DNA of 64,000 bases from Mobula hypostoma (taxonomy: Eukaryota), in assembly GCF_963921235.1 (NCBI RefSeq), contig NC_086109.1, forward strand, positions 3,474,001 through 3,538,000, given 5' to 3'. Below, in pieces: positions 10,651-24,827 of this stretch (position 1 is its first letter; each line of letters starts with the position of its first letter). A program made the position numbers and the translations under genes. The notes under the pieces were generated by a model. That model saw nothing but the letters and a program-made list of their open reading frames with translations. It had not been told where the DNA came from and searched no databases.

Positions 10651-11947
10651 AGTACATCGTGTTGTGTACCCCCCAGGCACTGCGTCGCGCCACACTCCCC
10701 CCAGGCGGGTGCATGCCGTCGCGCTCCCCCCCACGCAGTGCGTCACATGAACATTCTCCCAACGTGGAACATGATATCGAAGTACTCACTGATGAGTAAA
10801 CGATGCTTTAAAGTTAAAAACAAGGCGATCCCACAAGCAAGTAGCTGATCTTCTGAGATTAGCGCTGGTCCAAAGTGGTTCACAAAAAAAATTTGGTAGG
10901 TTTTACTTTAGAATTGCCTGTGGGACCTGAGGAAGCTGGGAGCTGTTTCCTCAGGTTTGGGAGTTGTCCAGCAAGATAAACTTAATCAGCCAACGTGCTT
11001 TGTGATGTAGGTGAATGAGAGGTCACTTCACTGAAACATAGTTGACTCAGAGATTAGACAGGGAAGGTACATAGGGGTGATGCCCTGGGAGGACATGTGG
11101 TTTGCCTTTGCAGGAAGTGTGGGTCGTGTTCATGAATGGCTGTTTATGACAGAGATCAGGAGTTTTCTTGCAGTTGTGAATCTTTGAATTTCAGCTCACA
11201 GGGGAAGAAATTATGCTCTTGTATGGAATATTTTCAATGCTGAGAAAGTTATTTTTTAGGAAACTAAGTGGATAGAGGGATATTGGATTCCATTGGGGAA
11301 GTGGACATGCAGGTCACTGTGTTCTTATTGAATGAGGAGAAGATTGGAGAAAACTGTGTGCCCAGAATTACTTCTGCTTTTCAGATTCCCAAAAGGGTCT
11401 GAAAATTTGTGCACAGCAGGATCCCACAAAGGTTGTTATGGTAGCAATCCCAAATATTCTACCTTTGTGATATAGGTTAAGGAGAAACCATTGGCCTAGA
11501 AGCTACCTGTTCAACCATTATTTACTAAAGTCCCTGCGTAAGCCCAGAGATCACGTCCCTTACGGAGATGCGGCTGATGGAGTGGATCAGTGTAGTTTCA
11601 CGTTAAAGGGTTAAGGTGCCTCTGTTGTGTGCCATGTCGCGGACAGAACGGTTTCGTTCAGACTCAGCAGGAACATCGCTGCCACCTGCTCTTACCCACA
11701 TTGCGTTCTCAGCCCTCAGACAGAGTCAGAGTTGACTCTGACTGGTGACTCACGTGGGCTGGGCCAGACAAACAGGAGGTCCACAAACAATATCAGTGAA
11801 CTCTTGTGCTTTTGTTTCCACTTGATTTATTTACACAAGTTTTTAATATTAATTATGCATTCTTAACAACCCTCATCCCAAAGAGAGATGAAGTTTTATT
11901 CTTTAGATTATTTGTCCAGGTGTGCTCGAAACTTGTCCAGTCATATT

Positions 11948-12165
11948 CAACACACACAAAATGCTGGAGGAACTCAGCAAGCCAGGCAGCAGCGATGGAA
12001 ATGAAGAACCAGTTGATATTCCAGGCTGAGTCCCTTCTACAGGGCTGGAAAGGAAGGGGGGAGATGCCAGAATAAACAGGTGGGGGAGGAGAGGAAAGAT
12101 AGCTAGAAGGTGTCAGGTGAAGCCAGGTGAGTGGGAAAGGTAAAGGGCCAAAGAAGAAGGAATCA
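11948..12165 (-). mobile_element. Penelope-like tail fragment
   Basis: acacacaaaatgctggaggaactcagca...ggcagca signature and a degenerate hammerhead segment. Confidence 0.65.
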
Positions 12166-12189
12166 TGTCCAATCATGTTCAACATTCAC

Positions 12190-12810
12190 AATTGTAGTCA
12201 TAGAGTGTTACAGCACAGATAAAGGTCCTTCATCCCTACCAATCCATGCCAACCACGGTGCTCACCCATCTAGACTTAACCCTCTAAGTTCCGCTCCTCC
12301 ATATACCTATGCAATTGCTTCTTAAATGATACTTTTGTACCTGCCTCAACCACTTCCTCTGGCAGCTCATTGCATACGCTCACCATCCTCTGTGTGGGTA
12401 AAAGTTGCCTTTCAAGTCTCTCTCATAACTTTCCCCTCTGACCCTAAATGTGTGTCCCATTGTTGTGTGCTCCCCTACCCTGGGGAGCATACTGTTGCCA
12501 TCTACCTTATCTCTGTCTCTCATAATTTTCAACATTTCTGTAAGGTCACCCCTTGTTCTCCTGCATCCCAGGGAATGAAGCCTGAGACCAACGATCCACT
12601 CAGACCCTCAAGTCCTTGCAACATCCTCGTACATCTTTTCTGACCTTGTCCAGTTTAACCACATCGTCACTATAAGAGAGTGGCCAAAACTGTACACGGT
12701 ACTCCAATTGCGGCTTCACCAACGACTTGTACATCTGTAACGTAATGTCCCAACTCCTGTACTCAGTACCCTGGGTGCTGAAGGGCAACGTGCCAAATGC
12801 CCTGATCCCT
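12190..12810 (-). mobile_element. CR1 LINE 3' fragment
   Basis: Minus-strand YKSLVKPQLEYRVQFW motif and a CR1-type 3' end. Confidence 0.7.
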
Positions 12811-12920
12811 TTGTGATGTTTTGGACTTGCATCTACAGACATAATCTTCATTGGTTCCTCTTTCTCTTTGCTGTAGTTTCAAGTTCATACGTTCATGTGA
12901 AATGACTTAAACTCAAGTTA

Positions 12921-12968
12921 CGCGCGTGCGTGCGTGCGTGCGTGTGTGTGTGTGTGTGTGCGTGCGTT
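12921..12968. repeat. (GTGC)n/(TG)n microsatellite
   Basis: Directly visible. Confidence 0.9.
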
Positions 12969-13332
12969 CATGCAATCCTTGCCCACAGGCAATACACAGA
13001 ACAGTTGTGATGATCTGAGGACACAACAATCTCTTAAGTACAATCAGAAAGCAAAAGCAGCCGGTCAGATTGATTGATGCGCTGTTGGTCTTTGTGGGCA
13101 GTGGGGTCCCTGCTCTGAGAGGTGGAGTTTACCTGAAGCAGACCCAGTTAATATCTGTGTTCCCAGTGCGAGGTTTCACTCTGTGGTAGTACACTGCAGG
13201 ACATTGAACCTTGCACTTGACAGAGGTACATTCCCAAATCCATCTTGCTCCCAGCTTCTCAGAGGAAGACATGTTTGCAATGAATTTATTTAGTGAATGA
13301 TTGTGATGCAAGACCCGTTTCCTTTCTCGCAG

Positions 13333-13515
13333 CCGGTCCCTATCGATGATGACTTTTGTGGATTGGATATAAACCAGCCTCTAGGGGGCACTGTGCTGGT
13401 GGAAGGCGTCACGGTCTTCACGGAAGAGCGAGACCGGATGACCTCGGTGGCCTCCTACGTCTACAGCGATCACTCTGTGGCTTTTGTGGGAACTAAAAGC
13501 GGGAAACTGAAAAAG
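13333..13515 (+). CDS. PLXNA2: Plexin-A2, second coding exon (183 nt, [19 protein letters not shown]...[10 protein letters not shown])
   Basis: Acceptor tttcctttctcgcag ends at 13332; donor AAG|gtaagc at 13515/13516. Phase 0-0, in frame with the preceding exon, and it continues the Sema domain. Confidence 0.95.
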
Positions 13516-15697
13516 GTAAGCGAGAATCTCATTGTCAAAGGGTGTGGGCTTGCACAGGCAAATGGACAAAAGCTTTCAAATTTCAGCACAAATGATTTGG
13601 TTCAAAATTTGAGGTGGTCAGGATATTGAACATTTGTCTGTTGGAGATCAAAGTGTACTTTATAATGGCGGTTGTTCGTTGTGTTCGAGGATGACTGGAA
13701 ACCTGTACTGGGAGAGTCTGTAAAGTGGAAAAGACGTCGCACTGGGGCAGTTCCACTCTCTTGACCTCAGAAGTCTGGGTCCACTGGTACGAATGAGTGT
13801 CACAAACTGGGGTCTTCCTTGGATGAAGTAGATGACCATGATGTGTTCTCTGCCTTGTCATCCCCTTCGTTCTGCACAAAGCGTTGCAGAACCGCCTTCC
13901 TGGCCATTGGATCTCACTGTAGATCTCATCACCCCAGTCCGCCAGAGCTGACTTCACACTCTAGGACAGGCATGTCCCTACCTCTCCCGGGTATGAGGCC
14001 GCCTGCCACTCTCAGCTGGTTTTGCCCGCCTGTCGAAACGGTGCTCCGGGCTGTGGCCGCTGTCACGTGCAAACAGCTACTTGGAGCCACAGGTGAGAGC
14101 TGAGTGCGCAGTGAGGCCCACAGGAGAGCGAGCTGCTCCAGAATGGACATGACATGAGGTGCTACCCCTCTGGCACCCATACACACCGCACCCTGGTTGA
14201 GTGAGCAGGCTTAGCAGTTGGATAGAGCGATGAAGTAAAAAAACAAAGAATGTTTTCACGAAATTAGTACAGGTGACACACTCACTGGTGCACCACTCTT
14301 CACGCGCTGCCTGGTCTCCTGAGCACTGGCAATGTCTTCTGGCTTTGCTTCAGTAGAGAAGAACCTGCCCAGCTCTACACTGACTGAATCTCTGGTACTT
14401 CAAGTTCAACTTGGAGCTGGAATGGCTGCTGCGTCCATGCGTGTTGCATTCTTGTGACATCATTATAATGTGTTTTGTGTACCCTGAAGGTCTGGTGAAT
14501 TCTGTTCATCCAGATGGACTGGGAAAGGATTCAGACCGATCCAGCAGAGTTCTTCTATGATTCGTATTGTCTGGAATTTTCATGCAACTATTTATTGTGA
14601 AATGTTGGGTCACAGGGTCTACAAGTTGCCACAGTTGCACAAGTAGTCCCCAAAGAAAGGTGCATTGAAACAGAACCTGTATTAATAAGAATGAGTCAGA
14701 ACGCACTCTGGTATGGTCATTGGTGCATATTGTTCAGGGGCCCTGAGCAGGGAGCTCACATCAGCTTCACTTATGTGTTGGAATGCTGCATATGTTTGAA
14801 TGATGAGGAAGAATCTCTTTCACCAGAGTGGTGATTCAGTGGAGTTCATTGCCACAGGCGACTGTGGAGGCCAAGTCATTGGACATACTTAAGGCAGAGG
14901 TTGATAGGTTCTTGATTAGTCATGGCATGAAGGGATACGTGGAGGAGGCAGGAGATTAGGGCTGAGAGGGAAAATGGATCAGCCATAATGGAAGGGTGGA
15001 GCAGACTCCATGGACCAAATGGCGTAATTCTGCTCCCATATCTTATGGTCTGGTCTTGTTTTCTTTGAATGATATTGATCACTGTGAAGACACACACAAG
15101 AGGTAAACTTGGAGCATCTTGGCATTTCCAACCTAGAAGTGTAAATGCGAGGCTTAAGGAAAATTCCAAGCATAAAAACTGCGTTCTTGCAATAAAATCG
15201 ATTCTTGGTCTCACCGCACTGAAGCAGACCTTTCGACCCATTGAGTCTGCACCCAGTTACATGTATCCCATTCTATGCTCCCCATCGTCTCACCAACTTC
15301 CCGGGTTCAAGCCCCCACCTACACACTACAGGCAGGATGTGGGAGCATTCAAGGAGGTTCACCAGAAAGGAGGGCTGTCGACATAACATGAAAATTTATA
15401 GGTTGGGTTTACTATCTCTGGAGCTTAGGACACTTGAAGGTTGACCTTAGAGGTTCATAAAATCATGATGAGTATACACAAGTTAGTCAGTCCGGGTCTC
15501 TTGACCAGGGCTGTGTAAAACCAGATAGTTGGGTTTAAAGTGAGAGGGGAAAGATTTGAAGGAAAACAGAGGGTGGTGAGTATATGCAGATGTTCAAGGC
15601 AAAGAAATTTACGATATTTGAAAGAGATGAGCAAGTGCATGGAAAGGAAAGGTTTAGGTGGGTATGGGCTAAAAAGCAGGCAGATTAATCTTGTGCA

Positions 15698-16100
15698 ACG
15701 CACACAAAATGCTGGAGGAACTCAGCAGGTCAGGCAGCACCCATGGAAAAGACTAAGTTGTCAATATTTCAGGCCAAGAACCTTCTTCAGGACTGGAAAG
15801 GAAGGGGGAAAAAAGCCAGAATAAAAAGGTGGGGGAGGGGGAGGAGCACCAATTAGAAGGTGTTAGGTGAAGCCAGGTGAGTAGGAAAGGTAAAAGGCTT
15901 GAAAGGAAGAGATCTGATAGGAGAGGTTAGATGACCATAGGAGAAAGGGAAGGAGGAGGGGACCCAGGGGGAGGCGATAGGCAGATGAGAAGAAGTATAA
16001 GTCAGAGTGGGGAATGGGATGGGGGGAATTTGTTTACTGGAAGGAGAAATAGATATTCATGCCATCAGGTTGAAGCTACCCAGGTGGAATATAAGGGGTT
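15698..16100 (-). mobile_element. Penelope-like 3' fragment
   Basis: Same layout as 7223-7835, ending in ...atgccatcaggttgaagctacccaggtggaatataagg. Confidence 0.7.
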
Positions 16101-19100
16101 GAACCTTGTGTAAGTGTCCAGCTTAGTCAGCAGGAATGAGTTGAACTGAAGATCCATTTCTATTCTATGGCTGGAGGTAATTTACAACAGACACTTAACT
16201 TGGCTCTCTGTGTGTCTTTGGGATGTGGAAGAAAACTGGAGCACCTGGGGAAAACCAGATAGTAACTAGGAGAACGTGCAAACTCCATAAGGCACTGGGA
16301 GGTTTATAAAATCATGAAGGGTGTACATAGGGTACATAGTCGGTCTCTTTACCAGTGTAGTGCTGTGTGTAAAACTGGAAGGCTTAGGTTTAATGAGAGA
16401 GGAGAAGGATCTGAAAACACTCAGAGGGTGCTGGGTATTTCCCAATGTTAGAGACAAGTAAAATAAAAACATGTGAAAAACATTTGGGCAGGCGCATCGA
16501 TAGGGAAGGTTTAGATGGGTACAGGCTGAAGCAGGCAAATGTATCTTGTGTACGTGGGCATCACAAGTTGAGCTGAAGGTCCATTTCTATTTTGACATAT
16601 GGGGGGAAACGGAGCACCTGGGGGAAACCACGCAGTAACTGGGAGAATGTGCAAACTCCACACAGACAGTGCCCAAGGCCCATCCATTCTGCACGAACAT
16701 ATAAACAAAATGAAAGGAGCACTGGAATGATTTAGAAGGTGCTGACAATGAGTTGGTGAACAATCTTACTTTGAGCTGCTAACTACTTCGACTTTCAACA
16801 CCTCCTTCTCCTCTTTCCACTTCCTGGTTACTCACGTTCCTGTGAACACCATCTGGTTCACCCAGTAAGGATGACATCTCCAGCTTCTGTAAGATGTGCA
16901 CTTCATGTGATGTTTGTTAAAACTGCACAATAATGTGAGACCAGGAGCATGTGAATATTTTAATACAGAGTGGTGTGAGCAATGGAAGTAGAACATACTG
17001 GGGGGGGGCAGTGGGATTTGGTTTGGAATTTCTTCACAGTTTCTGGGAGGGTGCAGAACTGTGATTGATTCAGGACAGAGAGGCAGGAGCAGTTGAAATG
17101 TCCACTGTGGTTGTGCTTGGGTCCAATGAGATTTGTTCCCTCAGCACATAGCCTTCTCCTTGTTAGTGTTTCTTCATTCGGATAATGAGAATGGATTCTG
17201 TGTGGTTAGGATTAAATGTGTCAGGTAAAACTCACCGATATCGAGATCAACTGAAATATGTTGAATAATACTTTGTATTGTTTAAAGTGCTGACCTCTTC
17301 CTTTGTACTAAAACTCTGTCCTTCCAGATAATTATTTCTTATTTCATCTATCAATCATATTTGCAAATGTCAAATGATCTAGCACTGCAAAATCTCATTG
17401 TAGTGTGATCGTACTTGTTCACTTCAAGGTGTGTGGACATTATTGGCAAGGCAGGCATTTATCACCTATCCCCGAATTGTCCTTGATGTGATGCAACTTG
17501 AATCACTGCATCCTTCTGGGTAAAGTCGGAAGCTTCCACGGTGCTGTTGCTGAGTTGAAAGATTTCGATGGTAGCGGGCTGAAAGCAGACGAATGAATCT
17601 AGAGGACATCACAGTCACAGTTGACGATGGAGGACGGCAATGTATTTGTGTCCGGGTGGAGTGACATATGGATGGGATTCTGCAGGAGGTGCCACCCTTG
17701 TCCTCAGTTACAAAGGTCATTTGGGAGATGCTGCTGCAGTTGCTTGGGTGAGTGATTGCAGTGCATTTTGTACGTAAGGTGCACGGTCAGTGCTGGATGC
17801 CAGTGGTGGAAGGAATGGAAGTTTGAGGCAGTTTCATCCTGGATCATTGAAGCTTTATGTTCAGGCAAGCGGAGAACATGATATCGCATTTTGATGTGAG
17901 CTTTGTAGATGACGAAGGATGCGGTGTTAGAAGTGAATCATTTTGCTGCAGAGTATCTGGCCCCAACGAACTCCTGTTTATACATACTTGCATGTTGGAT
18001 CTATTTTGCTTTTGGTCTTTTGACTCCAGGATAGAGTTGTATCTTGGTTGCTGTCACATCTTTAGATGCCTTTGTTACTCTCCCAATATCAGGTCATATT
18101 GAAATGTTTAGGTCTTGGACTGCATGGACGGTGTTGTTTCCTGAGCAATTGTGAACTGGGTTGAACATTGTGCAATCATTGACATTGTCGGAGATATGTA
18201 TTCTGTGTTTGGCATTTATTATATGGATGATGGTAACTAGTCACACCAGTGGGGGTGTGGTAAAAGCAAAAGGAGTAAGTTACATATTCATGCTTATTTC
18301 GGAGCAGTGTGTAGCTTGAGACCACGGAGGCCATATCTTTGCTGACCACTGAATAATGCTTAATTGTATGTTTGGTCATTGCTAATGCAAGATCAAAGTA
18401 AGGAACTCGAGCCTTTGGAGCAATTAGTGGAGCTGTGGGCAGGTCATCCAAGTATAACAGCTCCATTTGGGATCGCAGGCTGGTGACAATTGCCTAGTTT
18501 TGATTTTGGATCAATGTTTTGCTGCCACAGTGATATAGCCCCTCTTCTGGTTTATGAAGAATGAAAGTTCATTGATGAAACAGCCGAAGGTGGTTGGGCC
18601 AGCACACTTGCCTGAGGATGTCCTGGACAGGGGTGGCTGATGATGGAGTACAAGGCTGCAGATGCCGAAATCTGGAGTAACAAGTAATCTGCATAGCGCA
18701 CTCAAAATGCTGGAGGAGCTCAGCAGGTCAGGCAGCGTCTATGGAGAGGAATAAACCATCAATGTTTTTGGCTGAGACCCTTCCTCAGTACTCGTTCCTG
18801 ATGAGGATGGTAGTGGTGATGAGTAAAATGGGTGAATAATCTTCATTCTGCACAAACTTGTCAACAAGATCAAAAGAGCTTCGCAGTTATTTAGAAAGTA
18901 CTGACAATGAGATGAAGGTGACCAACATTGCTTTGAGGTGCTGATTGCTTCGACTTTCAACACCTCCCCCTCCTCTTTCCAACTGCTGGTTACACGCGTT
19001 CCTGTCAACACCAGTTTCTTCACCTGGCAAGGATGACATCTTCAGCTTCTGTCTGATGTGCACTTCATGTGAAGTTTGTTGAAAAGGTTTGTGAGAGTGG

Positions 19101-20205
19101 GAACATGTGATACGGAGCAACGTGAGTAACAGAGTGGAAGTGTTCGGGGGGAGGGGTGGTGGGATTCAGTCTCTCCAGTGTTAGGACATAGTGACAGGAG
19201 CAATTGGGCTGTCCTCCGTGGCCGTGCATCGCTCCAGTGAAATGTTGTTCCCTCTGCATGCAGTTTCTCCTTATCAGTGTTTCTTCATTCGGTAATGAGA
19301 ACGATTCTGCACAGTTAGGATAAAGTGTGTCAAGAAACCTTACCAATATGGAGATGAGTTAAAATGCGAGTTGGAGTTGTTTAAAGTGCTAATCTTTTCC
19401 TTTGTAATGGAACTTTGTCCTTCCAGGTAATCTTTCCATCTATCAATCACGTTTACAACTTGTAAATGTCTTGCACTGCAATACTATGTTGTTAATTTTA
19501 TGGTGCGTGGACATTATTGGCAAGGCCGGCATTTATCACCTATCCCCTAATTCTTCTTCAGGGTGGCAGCTTGCCACCTTCAATACTGTATCTTTATGGC
19601 CCGAAACGTCGACTGTTTATTTCTCTCCATAGACGCTGCCTGACCTGTTGAGCTCCTCCAGCATTTTGTGTGTGTTACTCTGGATTTCCTGAAGCTGCAG
19701 AAAATCGTTTGTATTTATAGAAGTGCATCACAGATTGGTTTGGTAACTGCCAAACGAAATTACAGCGAGTTGTGAACATAACTCAGCACATCTCAGAAGC
19801 CAGCCTTCCCCCCCCCCCCCCCCCATGGTCTCTCTTTGCTGCTCGCTGCCTCAGTTAAGCAGCCAGGATAATCATAGACCCCACCACCCCGAACGTTCTC
19901 TTTTCTTCCTTCTCCCATTGGGCAGAAGATACAAAGACCTGAAAGCACGTACTACCAGGCTCAAGGACAGCTTCTACGCTGCTGTTAAAAGCCTATTGAG
20001 TAAGACGAAAAAATGGACTCTTGACTTCACAATCTAACTTGTTGTGATCTTGCACTTCATTTTTTACTTACACTGCACTTTCTCAATAGTTGTAACAGTT
20101 TATTTGGCATTGTTATTGTTTTACCTTGTTCTACCTCAAAGTACTGTCTGATGATTTGATCTGTATGAACAGTACACAAGACAAACTTTTCACTGTACCT
20201 GGCTC

Positions 20206-20554
20206 ATTCGTTCGTTGATTATGTGCTGTGTTGTATGACATGGGCGATCATGGTCTTTCTGTAGAAGTAGTTTGCCATTTTGTTCTTCTGGGCAGTGTCT
20301 TTACAAGACGGGTGACCCCAGACATTATCAATACTCTTCAGAGATTGTCTGCCTGGCGCCAGTGGTCGCATAACCAGGATTGTGATCTGCACCAGCTGCT
20401 CATACGACCATCCACCACCTGCTCCCATGGCTTCACATGACCCTGATCGGGGGCTAAGCAGGTGCTACACCTTCCCCAAGGGTGACCTGCAGGCTAGTAG
20501 AGGGAAGGAGCACCTTACACCTGCTTTGGTAGAGATGTACCTCCACCCCGCCAC
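20206..20554 (-). mobile_element. RTE-type SINE-like element, copy 3
   Basis: Colinear with 782-1134. Confidence 0.65.
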
Positions 20555-20789
20555 TCAACTATATCATAGTAAATATGTCAATAAAGTACCAATTCCAGTT
20601 CCAATAAAGCCTTATAAGGGTGAGGTAGAAGCTGCTCCTGAGCGTGGTTGTTTGTGCTTTTATATCTTCTGCCCTGTGGGAGGGGGAGAAAGAGAGAAAG
20701 TCCAGGCTGGGTATGGTCTTTGATTATGTTGGCTGCTTTACAAAGACAGCAATTATAGGCAGAACTTTGACAGACTTCTATTGATGTGT

Positions 20790-21895
20790 AATGGAGAGTG
20801 TATTGAATGACTGCATCACAGCTTGGTCTGAGAACACCAATGCCCTTGAAATGAAAATCCTATAAATGTAGTAGATATGACTCAGTCCATCATGGGTAAT
20901 GCCCTCCCAGCCAGTGAGCACATCTACATGATACGCTGTCTCAGGAAAGCAGCATGGTGAGGCTAAACTCAGGTTGGAGGAGCAACACCTCATATACCGT
21001 CTAGGTAGTCTCCAGCCCCTTGGTATGAACATAGAATTCTCCAACTTCCGGTAATTCCTTCCCCCTCACTTCCTCTATCCCTATTTCACTCTACCCCCTC
21101 CCCCAGCTCCCTCATGGTTCCGCCTCCTTCTTCTACCACCCATTGTTTTCAGGGCTATGATGTCAATGCTTCCCCTCCCCCACCCCTTTGTCTTTCAAAT
21201 TACTGGTTTTTCAACTGAAGCTACAAGTATTCTTCAAATCCTTCCCCATCTTTCATTCTTCAGTCCTGACGAAGGGTTCCGGCCCGAAAAGTCAACTCAT
21301 CGTTTCTAACTGATGCTGCCTGACCTGCTGAGTTCATCCAGTGTATTGAAAGCATTGCTTTGATCACAGCATCTGCAGATTATTTTGTGTTTAAGAAGGT
21401 GGTACAGGAGCTTTAGGTTTCACCACCACCAGATTTAGGAAAAGTTACTATCTGTCAGCCAACAGGCTCTTGAACTGAAGGGGATAACTTCACTCAGTCC
21501 TGAAAGAGGATCTCGGCCCAAAACATCCGATGTTTACTCTTTTCCATAGATCTGTCTGGCCTGCTGAGTTCCTCCAGCATTTTGTGTGCGTTACTTTGAT
21601 TTTTCCAGTATCTGAAGATTTTCCCTTGTTTATAACTTCACTTAATTTTGCTCTCCCCATCACTGAGCTGTTCCCGTAACCTATGGACTCACTTTCAAGG
21701 TCTCCTCATCTCGTGTCCTCGATATTTATTGCTTATTTATTTATATTATTGTTTCTTTTTGCGTTTCTCAGTTAGTTGTCTTCTGCACTCAGATTGAAAG
21801 CCCTCGTTTGTCAGTCATTCATTGATTCTGTACTTGTTACTATTCTATAGATTCTCAGGGCTGTATATGGTGACAAATATATACTTCGAATTTTG
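20790..21895 (+). mobile_element. Rex/Babar 3' fragment with two nested Penelope insertions (~20957-21392 and ~21495-21630)
   Basis: Rex sequence resumes after each insert. The first insert encodes KLRLEEQHLIYRLGSLQPLGMNIEFSNF. Confidence 0.7.
21262..21297 (+). ncRNA. Minimal hammerhead ribozyme motif, sense to the PLXNA2 pre-mRNA
   Basis: AGTC-CTGACGA-A-GGGTTCCGGCCC-GAAA-AGTC-AACT; the core boxes are intact and the stem III palindrome is mutated. Confidence 0.6.
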
Positions 21896-22629
21896 AGTCT
21901 ACGGAGGAGAGGGTGGAAATGTTCTACAAATCTATGTCCTCTCTGCTGGTTGATGTCTTTATCTCATTAGACACTGTACGCCTGGGACCTCTCAAAGTGG
22001 TTCATGTACAGAGAGCTTCCTGTGATTCACTGTTACTTTGGGAAATAAAGCAACCAATTTTAGCAGAACTCAGCCACAAAAAAAAAGCCAGCTAAACATT
22101 AGCCAAAGAACACAGGAAAGCCTCTTCATTTTGTTGGAAAATATTTTTATAGAAAGAATGAGAGATTACTTCACTGAAACAGACACAGTTTGACGGGGCC
22201 TGACTCTGTCACTAAGGAAGAGATGCTTTTTGTCGGCTGAGGAACTGAGAGTGATTGGGTCACAGTTTCAAACCAACAGGATGATGTGTCCAACTGAGGT
22301 CAAGGTGGTTTTATTCTGTCAGGGAGAGAATTCGTTGGAATCCTCTATCCCGGAGATTAGTAGAGGTTCTCAAACAAAAGGGGATAACTACGCTCAGTTA
22401 AGGACTCTTTTATCTTGTTATTTCACGCTCTTGTTATTTACTGCTATTTATTTATATTTGTATTTGTACAGTTTGTTGTCTGTTGATCCTGTTTACAGTT
22501 ACTGTTCTATAGATTTGCTGAGTAAGCCTGCAGAAAAAGAATCCCAGGGTTGTATGTGGTGACATGTATGTACTCTGATAATAAAACTTATTTTGAACTT
22601 TGAATGCTGTAAGAGGGAGAACTTCAGAT

Positions 22630-24345
22630 TTTTGGATCATTAGGCTCTCTTCCAGGGAAATTGGGGCACTTTGCAGTTGAACTACAGGGGGACTAATAAC
22701 CTAGCAGGAAGGTTTGTTAGTGCTGCACAGTGGTGGGGTTTAAAGTAGAGGAACTAAGCTAGAACTAGAGGGGGATGGGAATCAGAACACCAGGACAGCG
22801 TGTGGAATGGTTGATGAGAATATTGTTGTTAAACCTGCATACAAAGTCGGTGGGATTAATGTACTGTGCTGCATATATTCCATTGAAGTAATGTTGCGGA
22901 AAGGCTGATGAACTCAGGTCATCGATCAGCACGTGGAGTTATGACACTAGCCATTAGTGAGACTTGGCTGCAGGAAGGGAAGGCTGGAAGGTCAATGTTC
23001 CAGAATTCCTTTGTTTTAGACATGATAGAGTGGTTGGGATTAAAGGAAGAGGGGTGGCATTATCAGTAAGGGAAAATGTCACACCAATACTCAGTTAGGA
23101 TAGACAAGAGAGCTTGCCTATTGGGGCTTTATCTGCAGAACTGACAAATAAGAAAGGGATGACCACATTAATGGGATTATATTATAGACCACTCAACATT
23201 CCGCAGGATTTAGAGGAGCAAATTTGTAAGAGAGGTTGCTGACTGCTACAAGAAACATAAGATTGTGATAGTAGGCGATTTTAACTTTCCACACATTGAC
23301 TGGGACTCCCATACTGTCAAAGGGATGGATGGAAAAGAGTTTGTCAAATGTGTTCAGAAAAATTTCTTTAATTAATACATGGGTAGGTCATGTCTAATTA
23401 GTCTTAAAGAGTTTTTTGAGGAAGTTGCCAGGAAAGTTGATGGAGACAAGGTAGTGCAGTTGTCTAGATGACCTTAGCAAGGCCTTTGATAAGGCCCCAC
23501 ATGGGAGGTTGATGAAAAAGGTTCAATGTTTGGCACTGAAGAAGAGGTAACAAATTGAATTAGATATTGCAGAAGAAGCCCAACAGTAGTTGTAGATGGT
23601 TGCCTATCTGACTAGTGGATTGCCGCAGGTATCGGTGCTGGGTCCATTGTTGTTTGTCATTGTAATGTAATGTAAATGTAACAAGACATAACATAAAGAT
23701 TGTTACTCCTCATGCATGTGAAGGGTGTAAGAAATAAAGTCAATTCAATTCTATGTCAATGACCTGGATGATAATGTGGTAAACTGGATCAACAAAATTG
23801 CGGATGACACCAAGACTGGGAGTGTGGTGGACAGCGAAGAATACTATCAAAGCTTGCAGTGGAATTGGGACCAGCTGGAAAATTGGGCTGAAAAATAGCA
23901 GCTGGAATTTAATGCAGGCAAGACTGAGGGGTTGCACTTTGTGAGGACAAACCAGGATAGTCTTGCATGCTGGTAGGTAGAGCACTGGAGAGTGCAGTAA
24001 AACAGAGGGATCTAGGAATATAGATCCATGATTTTGAAAGTGGCGTCAAAGATGGATAGGGTTGTAAAGGAAACTTCTGGCACTTCGCCCTTCAGAAATC
24101 AATGTACTGAGTACAGGGGATGAGATGTTACACTGAAGTTGTATAAGATGTTGCTGAAGCTTAATTTGAAGTATTGTGTGCAGTTTTGGTCACTTACTTA
24201 CAGGAAAGATGTAAAGAAGATTGAAAGAGTACAGGGGAAATTTACAAGGATGTTGCTGGGACTTGAGGACCTAAGTTGTAGGGAAAGTTTTAACAGGTTG
24301 ATGGGCCAAAGGGTCTGTTTCTGTGCTGTGGAGCTTTTTGACTCT
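22630..24345 (+). mobile_element. Old, internally deleted CR1 LINE (APE endonuclease and RT remnants)
   Basis: Motifs ISETWLQEG, VGDFNFPHIDWD, KAFDKAPHGRL, ADDTK and YCVQFWS, with many stops and deletions. Confidence 0.8.
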
Positions 24346-24827
24346 ATGGCTCCAGGTGAATGGACATGGAACTGGCAGACAGAGTATAATGTTGGTAAAT
24401 ACAAGGTCCTCCACTTTGTAAGAAAAGTAAAAGATTGGATTATTTAAATAATGAAAGACTGCAGCATGCTGTTGGAGAGGGACTTGGGAGTGCTTGTGCA
24501 TGAATTGCAAAAAGTTGGTTTGCATGTGCAATAGGTAATTAAGACATCATATAGAATGTTGGTGTTCATCGTTAGAGGGATTGAATTTAAGAGCAGCAAA
24601 GTTAATCTGCAACACTGCAGGGTAATGGTGAGGCCGCACCTGGAGCAGTTCAGTTCTGCTCTCCTTTCTTGAGGAAAGATTTCCAGGCTTTGGAGACGGT
24701 GCAGAGGAAGTTCACCATGTTGATGCTGGAGATGAGGAGTCAGCCTGAGGAGTGACTGAGTCATCTGGGACTGTACTCACTGGAGTTCAGAAGCCTGGTG
24801 GAAAGGGATCAGCAAAACATATAAAAT

